From the NCBI RefSeq assembly GCF_009914755.1, contig NC_060925.1: a stretch of 64,000 bases of DNA; one strand, 5' to 3'. Below are positions 55,555 to 64,000 of the stretch, piece by piece. The position numbers and the translations under genes are program-made. Position 1 is the first letter of the stretch. Every line of letters starts with the position of its first letter. The DNA comes from the human T2T-CHM13v2.0 reference genome, Homo sapiens. A model generated the notes under the pieces. The model did no database searches. It was not told the origin of the DNA and was given only the letters and a program-made list of their open reading frames with translations.

Positions 55555-56871
55555 TCAGCTGTGATGGCTTGGAGAAACAGTGTAAACCGGCAGTGTAAAG
55601 AAGAGCAGGGCATTTATGAGTAGTTGATAATGGTGAATAGGAGTATGACTAGACAGAAGACAGTAGGGATGACAAGTTTTTGGGGTGCAGTCCAAGTTGG
55701 TCTGATGTCTGGAATGAGACTGGGGCCTAATAAAAGGAGCATCTATACAGGAGCTCAAATGGGCTGTACCCTGTAACATTTTGAGGACAAGCCCGAATTC
55801 TGAGAAGGGAAAGTGGTAAAAGTATCCAGTCCTTTTTAAGTTGGTGGCTGAGCTTGGTGAAGTGTGTTTTAAAAAGACCGTTAGTTCACTGAACACCAAG
55901 AGCCTGAGAAACTGCTTGGGTGATTTGACTAATAAAGGCCTGTCCGTTATCGGACTGTATAGAGGTGGAAAAGCCAAACGAGGAATTATGTCTGACAGAA
56001 GGGAAGAAATGACCACAGTGGCTTTCTCATACCCTGTGGGAAAGGCCTCCACCCATCCAGTGAAAGTGTCTACCCAGACCAAGAGGTATTTTAGTTTCCT
56101 GACTCGGGGCATATGAGTAAAGTCAATTTGCCAGTTCTGGACGGGGGCCCGAGCTTCATGTGTAGGGAAGGGAGGGGGCCTGAACAATCCCTGAGGAGTA
56201 GTAGAATAGCAGCTGGAACACTGAGAAGTGATTTCCTTGAAGATAGATTTCCACAATGGAAAGGAAATGAGAGGTTCTAAGGGGTGGGCTAGTGGCTTGT
56301 AACCTACATGGAAGAGGTTATGAAATGATGACAGAATAGAATGGGCCTGTGAGGCTGGAAGGAGATATTTCCCTTGGTCTGAGAACCATTTGCCTTGTGT
56401 GGGAAGAGATTGACAGGTGGAAGTTTTAGTGGGGGAGTAGGTGGGAGTGGCCAGATGAGAAGGAGAAAAACTGCCCTGAGGGATAGAAGTTGGAACACTA
56501 GCTGTTTTTTTAGCTACCTTATCAGCATAAGAATTGTCCTCAGTGAGGGGATCTGATGCCTTTTGATGGCCCTTGCAGTGAATGACTCCAGCTTCCTTTG
56601 GAAGTAGAGCAGCTTTGAGAAGAGTTTTTATTAAAGAGGCATTAATGATGGAGGACCCTTGTGTAGTGAGGAAATTTCTTTCAACCCATATAACAGCATG
56701 GTGGTGCAGTATATGGAAGGCATATTTAGAGTCAGTATAAATATTGACGCGTAGTCCTTTTGCAAGAGTGAGGGCTCGAGTTAAGGTAATGAGTTTGGCT
56801 TGCTGAGAGGTAGTGGGGTGGGGGCAGAAAGTATATGCATCAGGTGTGAGGAAGAAAATCGATTTTGGAAG
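55555..56871 (-). pseudogene. pol: HERV-H RNase H-integrase relic (stop-free frame, no upstream ATG)
   Basis: Hand translation: SQQAKLITLTRAL...VNIYTDSKYAF...IHCKGHQ...NSYADKVAK...FHNLFHVG...CSSC...WQIDFTHMP...VDTFTGWVEAFP; leaves the integrase frame after IIPRL. Confidence 0.85.
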
Positions 56872-57173
56872 TTATGAGAACTGTAGAGAGTGAATTGAGC
56901 ATAGTTTGTGATTTTTAGGGCCTCTAAAAGTATTAAAGCAGTGGCAGCCGCTGCATGCAGACACGATGGCCAGCCTAAAACAGTAAGGTCAAGTTGTCTG
57001 GACAGAAAGGCTACAGGGCACGGTCTGGCTCTTGTGTAAGAATTTCAACCACACAGCCCTGCACTTCGGTTGTGTGTAATGAAAAGGGAGTGATGAGTTA
57101 GGGAGAGCTAGTGTGGGAGCTGTTTTTTAAGGAATGGAAAGGAAAGTAGGGAAAGGATATAGGATCTATGGGG

Positions 57174-58281
<1,108 letters not shown>

Positions 58282-60194
58282 TCAGTCTTCAGCCGCTAAG
58301 CTGAGAAGATCTGGGAAGGAGTAAGAGAGCCTTGAGCCAGAGTTCCAGGGGCTCTGAGAGTGGCTGCCAGGTAAATTGAACAGTCCAATTTTCAGTGGGA
58401 TCCTGCACAGATGGGACATGGCTTAGGAGGAATCCCAGGCTGCAGGAATTCCTTGGCCCAGTGGCCAGATTTCTAGCACTCATAGCAAGCTCCTGGGGAA
58501 GGAGGTTCTGGATGAACCCCTGGCAGCTGCGGTTCATCCAGAACCTCATCCAGGTGTTTGGATTTCTTGTGTGCTGGAGATGTGGCTGGGGTTTGTCTCA
58601 CAGTGGAGGCAAAGAATTGCAACTCAGAAATACATTGCTACTTGGCTGCCTCTACTCTATTATTGTACACCTTGAAGGCAAGGTTAACTAAGTCCTGTTG
58701 TGGGGCTTGAGGGCCAGAATTTAATTTTTGGAGCTTTATTTAATGTCGGGAGCAGATTGGGTGATAAAATAAAATGCATATTGAGAATAAGATGGCCTTC
58801 TGACTTTTCAGGGTCTAGGGCTGTAAAGCATCTCAGGGTTGCTGCCAAACGGGCCACGAACTAGGCTGGGTTTTTATATTTGATGAAAAAGAGCCTAAAC
58901 ATTAACTGATTTGGGAGAGATCGGATAAAGAAAAAGGAGGATTAACCTTCACTATGCCTTTAGCTACAGCCACCTTTTTAAGAGGAAATTGCTGGGCAGG
59001 TTGGGGAGGGCTAGTCACAGAACGAAACTGGAAACTGTAAGCCAGACCAGGTGTAAGGAGGGGAGGTGATAAAAGGATTATAGGGTGGGGGACCGGAGGC
59101 TGAGGAAAAATTGGGACCTAGCTCGGCCTGGTGAGGAGCAGCCTGGGGAGGAGGGGAGAGGTCAGATGGGTCTGTAGAAAAGGAAGATTGGAAAGACTCA
59201 GCGATGCTTGGGGTTGGGACTGAGGGGACAAGGCGGGAGGGAAAGAAGCAAGATTTGGGACAAGTTGCATTGAGAACAGAGACTAGGGAGGGACCGATAT
59301 GTAAAAGAATGCCTGGACGTCAGGCACCTCAGACCATTTGCCCATTTTACAACAAGAATTATTTAGATCTTGTAGGATGGAAAAATCAAAAGTGCCATTT
59401 GCTGGCTATTTGGAACCACTGTGGAGTTTGTACTGGGGTCAAGTGGCATGGCAGAAGAAAATAATGCATTTAGGTTTTAGGTCAGGTGTGAGTTGAAGAG
59501 GTTTTAAGTTCTTGAGAACACAGGCTAAGGGAGAAGAAGGAGGAATGGAGGGTGGAAGGTTGCCTATAGTGAAGGAGGCAAGTCCAGAGAAAAGACAGGG
59601 TAGAGACATGGAGAGAAGGGGTGGGGGGGTGCTTGCCCCCCAGGAAAGTGGAGAGAAGAGAGGGTAGAGACATGGCGGGAAGGGGTTGGGTGAGCAGCCC
59701 TGGGCTGCAATGTGGGTGAGCAGCCAAAGCAGGCATCCCTGCAATTGACTTGCCAGCAAGGGAATGTGGGTGAATGACCAAGGCAGGCGTCCCTGCGGTG
59801 ATCAGACACTGATGAAATGTGGGTGAATAATCAGGCAGGTATCCCCACGTGATTAAACATCAAAGGAAGACTGTCTTCCTGAGTCCGTGACTGGCACCGG
59901 AGTTTTGGGTCCATGGATAAAACATGTCTCCTTTGTCTCTACCAGAAAAGGAAAGGAACTGAAATTAAGAGAAGGGAGAGATTGAAAGATGGCACCAAGA
60001 TTGAAAGGAGAAAGAGGTTGAGGGATAGTGAGAGAGGTTGGAGAAGAGAGTAAAGAGGGGCCGCTTACCCGATTTAAAATTGGTGAGATGTTCCTTGGGC
60101 TGGTTGGTCTGAGGAGCAGAGATCGTAGGTGGATCTTTCTCATGGAGCAAAGAGCAGGAGGACAGGGGATTGATCTCCCAAGGGAGGTCCCCTG

Positions 60195-60212
60195 ATCCGA
60201 GTGATGGCACCA
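60195..60212 (-). other. tRNA-His primer-binding site, 2 mismatches
   Basis: Reverse complement TGGTGCCATCACTCGGAT. Confidence 0.9.
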
Positions 60213-60674
60213 AATTTCATTCGCGTTGCTGTGAAGAGACCACCAAACAGGTTTTGTGTGAGCAACAAGGCTGCTTATTTCACCTGGGTGCAGGTGGGCT
60301 GAGTCCGAAAGGAGAGTCAGCAAAGGGAGATAGGGGTGGGGCCGTTTTATAGGATTTGGGTAGGTAGTGGGAAATTACAGTCAAAGGAGGTTGTTCTCTG
60401 GTAGGCAGGGGCGGGGGTCACAAGGTGCTCAGTGGGGGAGCTTTTGAGCCAGGATGAGCTAGGAGAAGGAATTTCACAAGGTAATGTCATCAGTTAAGGC
60501 AGGAACAGGCCATTTTCACTTCTTTTGTGATTCTTCAGTTACTTCAGGCCACCTGGATGCATACATGCAGGTCACAGGGGATATGATGGCTTGGGCTCAG
60601 AGGCCTGACACTAAACCATGGATCAGCTTTTCCCCTAACATCCTTTTTAAGTTCCAGAATCAATCCTAGAATAC

Positions 60675-60735
60675 TGTTACTGAAAGAGGTCCCAATCCAG
60701 ACCCCAAGAGAGTTCTTGGATCTCCTGAAAGACAG
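60675..60735 (-). mobile_element. LTR8-like ERV1 LTR 3' end, cut off by the LTR2 element
   Basis: tgttactgaaagaggtcccaatccagaccccaagagagttcttggatctc. Confidence 0.7.
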
Positions 60736-61187
60736 TAAGGGAGGAGACCATCCCTCATATTGTTTTATGCCCAATTTCTGCCTCCAAAGAAAGAAGTAAA
60801 AACTAAAAGGCAGAAATGAAATCCACAGGCAGACAGCCCGGTGCCGTGCCCTAGGCCTGGTAGTTAAAGATCGACCCCTGACTTAACCGGTTATCTTATC
60901 TACAGATTCCAGACATTGTATGGAAAAGCATTGTGAAAATCCCTGTCCTGTTCCATTCTGATTATCGGTGCTGCACCCCCAGTCACGTACCCACTGCTTG
61001 CTTGATTGATCACAACCCTCTCATGCAGACCCCCTTAGATGTGTAAGCCCTTAGAAGGGACAGGAATTGCTCTCTCAGGAAGTTCAACTTTTGAGAAGCA
61101 AGCCTGCTGAAGTTCCTGGCTGAATAAAGCTCTTTCCTTCTTTAACCTGGTGTCTGAGGAGTTTTGTCTGTGGCTTGTCCTGCTACA
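60736..61187 (+). mobile_element. LTR2-family 5' LTR (LTR2/LTR2B)
   Basis: taagggaggagaccatccctcatattg...AATAAA near 61123...gtcctgctaca. Confidence 0.9.
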
Positions 61188-64000
61188 TTTCTTGGTTCCC
61201 TGATGGGGAAGCAAGGTGATTGGCAGACGGTCGAGGCAGCCCCTTAGGTGACTTAGGCCTGTCTTGTGGAGCATCCCTACGGGGTACTCCGACCAGCCTG
61301 AGTGACGCAGATCCAAACAGCACTCCCGGGTAGGCAATTGCCCCAGTGGGATGCCTCGCCAGAGCAGCGTGTGGCAGGCCCCTGCAGAGGATCAACACAG
61401 TGGATGAACACCGGGAAGGAACTGGCACTTGGAGTCTGGACATCTGAAACTTGCTAAGACTGGTCTTTGGAACTTGTGCACTCCATTTGAGTGGAAGCGT
61501 GGCCTGATCACCCATGGCGTGCCTCTACCAGCACTTTGGTTTTTGTTTTTTACTTGACTTGGATTACTTGATACTTTGGTTTTGGTTTTGGCCTGGCTTG
61601 GATTTCCTGATACTCTGATTTTGGTTTTGATTCTGGTTTGGTGTAAACTGTAAAAGTGTGTGTGTGCCCTTTTTACTTGTTCTTTGTTTTGTGGGGTGCG
61701 AGTGGTGTGAGTGTGGTGTTTTGTCTCGAGGAAGCATGGATCAGGCACAAACTAAGCCCACCCCACTAGGAACTATGCTGAACAATTTCAAGAAAGGATT
61801 TAAGGGAGATTACAGTGTTACTATGACACCAGGAAAACTTAGAACTTTGTGTGAAATAGACTGGCCAGCATTAGAGGTGGGTTGGCCATCAGAAGGAAGC
61901 CTGGACAGGTCCTTTGTTTCAAAGGTATGGCACAAGGTAAGCCAGGGCACCCAGACCAGTTCCTGTACATAGACACTTGGTTACAGCTGGTTTTAGATGC
62001 CCCCCACAGTGGTTGAGAGAACAGCAGCATAAGCAGCTGGCAGAGGCAAGGAAAGACCAGCAGAGAGAGAGAAAGGAAAGAGACAGAGACATTAACCACT
62101 GAAAATACCCTTAACCCAGCAGGTTTCCTAACGGGATCTAAATCTTAATTACCATACCAAGGTTGACCAGACCTAGTAGGAACTCCCTGTAGGATAGGAC
62201 AATAGATGGTTCCTCCCAGGTAATTGAAGGAAAAAAAAAGAAAAAAGCCATCTATACCAATTATAAGTTAATTTGGACTAAACAAGGTCTTATTAATAGC
62301 AAAGAATAATTGAAATCCCAAACTTACAAGGTTTTCAACAAAAGTAAAGTTTGCTAAATGTAAACAGTGTAACATGTATTATACTAACTTCTAATCTTGT
62401 GTCCTTAGACAGTCTAGTCCACAGATATAAAGGAAGCTTGCTTTGGAAAAGAATGGTTATCGTCTTCAAAAAAAAGGGGGGAAAAAAGAAGGGGCAGAAT
62501 TTATCTAAAAAAAAAAATGTTATATGGTAAATTCTTGTCCTAAAATAAATTAACTGGTTGTTTAAAGAAAGAAATGTTTGTAATAAGTCAGAAAGTTGAG
62601 GCATGTCGAAGAATTGTCTGCAAAAGTCATGAAAAAAAGTTATAAAAAAAGAATTTATGCAAGAAATGTTGTACAATTTAAAAGTAATTAGGCCTCCTGA
62701 ATGTAAAACTATTGGAGAAAAAGTTTATGTGCAAGGTGTATAAGAAAAGTAAACTATACCTCTGGTAAAAGGATTAAAAGGAAGCATAAGGATGTGGATT
62801 TTTACCTACATTAAAAGGTTTAAAAAAATTTGCTTTGAAGGTTTAAGCAAGTTTTAAAATGTTAATTGTAAAGGAAATTCTGTGTGTAAACATATTGGCT
62901 AAAGTTAAAGGGGTATCATTTTTTTTCTGTGAACTGAACATTAAAAAAAAACACAACGGGTTTTTCTTAAAGTGCTAACCTGCTCTTTAACAAAAATTAT
63001 AAAAGGTTAAAAAGAGTCTATAAAAATCTTACCTTATGGTCTGACATTAAAAATTGAATAAATATGTCTACAAAGAAAACAAAGTTTAACATTAATAACA
63101 CACTCAAATAAAGGTGACATTTAGCTTATCTGGTATAAACATACAGGAAGCGTTGTCAAATATAAAATGGTGTTTAGCTTTCTTTGGTCTAAAAACAAAT
63201 AAAAATAGGTGAAAACAAATAAAAATAGGTGCTAAAGGAAATTTCTCAGTAAAAAGGCACCAAGGACTATAAAGTCCACTGCTGATGTCCCCACATTTAA
63301 AACAAAAGGTCAATTTCTTAAAAATTATATACTTGGTTTAGCACATGTACCACCCCTAGAATTTCCAGTAAAACAGCACCAGCCTGAAGATCATGTTCTT
63401 ACCAAAGGGTGGAAAGAAGGAAAACTCGAGTCAGCCTGGGAATGACCCTATCTTGTGCTGTTAACCACCAAGACTACTGTTCATACAGCGGAAAGGGGAT
63501 GGACTCATCACACCTGAGTCAAGAAAGTGCCACCCCTCCAGAGTCATGGGCCAGAGTCCCAGGGGAAAACCCTACCAAACTAAAGCTAAGAAAAATTTAA
63601 CTTCTTCATCTATTCTATTACTCTTTCTTCTTTCCTCTCTCTATTGCTGACCATCTAGTTATTAACATAACCAAGTCAATTTCATCTCAAACTATTGCAT
63701 TTAATGCTTGCCTTGTTACACCCTGTGGGGACTTGCCAAGTCAAAGACAGCTCTCTACTTCAGAAAAGTACCTCTGTCCCTCCTGACTCTCCTCAGACTG
63801 GGCATTAATAAATTGGGACCATTTAATCCAGGGAGATTTCGATAAAGACCCCAGTGACAACCAGGAGTCTTGCCCCCCAATTTAGAGCTTTTATGCCGTA
63901 GTTGGTCCAACGTTCTGTGGACCACTAAACAGCAAGGATGGACTGCCCCAACCAGTTTTTGTAATTTCCTAAAACCATACATTCATTTTACTAGAGGATC
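61188..64000 (+). mobile_element. Harlequin-type mosaic ERV internal region, running off the window
   Basis: HERV-E-like leader and gag start at 61736 (MDQAQTKPTPLGTMLNNFKKGF...CEIDWPALEVGWPSEGS). It switches abruptly near 62090 to A-rich non-coding sequence, then shows an integrase C-terminus relic at about 63340-63590 (PYLVLLTT...GWTHH) and an env-like start. Confidence 0.8.
61193..61210 (+). other. tRNA-Glu primer-binding site, 2 mismatches
   Basis: TGGTTCCCTGATGGGGAA versus TGGTTCCCTGACCGGGAA. Confidence 0.88.

Overview
Human or great-ape genomic DNA with no recognisable host protein-coding exon. The human-type SVA_F and roughly 50 Alus point to this origin. The window is almost entirely transposon-derived: a solo MER11 LTR, a 5'-truncated SVA_F, a two-LTR MSTA (MaLR) element whose right LTR is split by about 10 Alu units, DNA-transposon relics (MER44/Tigger7, MER30, Tigger3), and many old LTR, MIR, L2 and L1M fragments. 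An ERV cluster fills 44-64 kb: HERV-H (+), solo LTR5A (-), a second HERV-H (-) converging on the first, and an LTR2/Harlequin element (+) starting 125 bp from the second HERV-H 5' LTR. The ORF track is essentially Alu, SVA and ERV read-through. Only degenerate gag/pro/pol/env pieces are real protein relics. I see no new gene system. The most notable items are the convergent HERV-H pair with complementary RNase H deletions, the divergent LTR7/LTR2 pair, a TSD-flanked orphan retrocopy at 20.7-21.1 kb, same-site Alus in both MSTA LTRs, and a fold-back template-switch scar. Family names come from recalled consensus sequences rather than a database search. Coordinates without a TSD are approximate.
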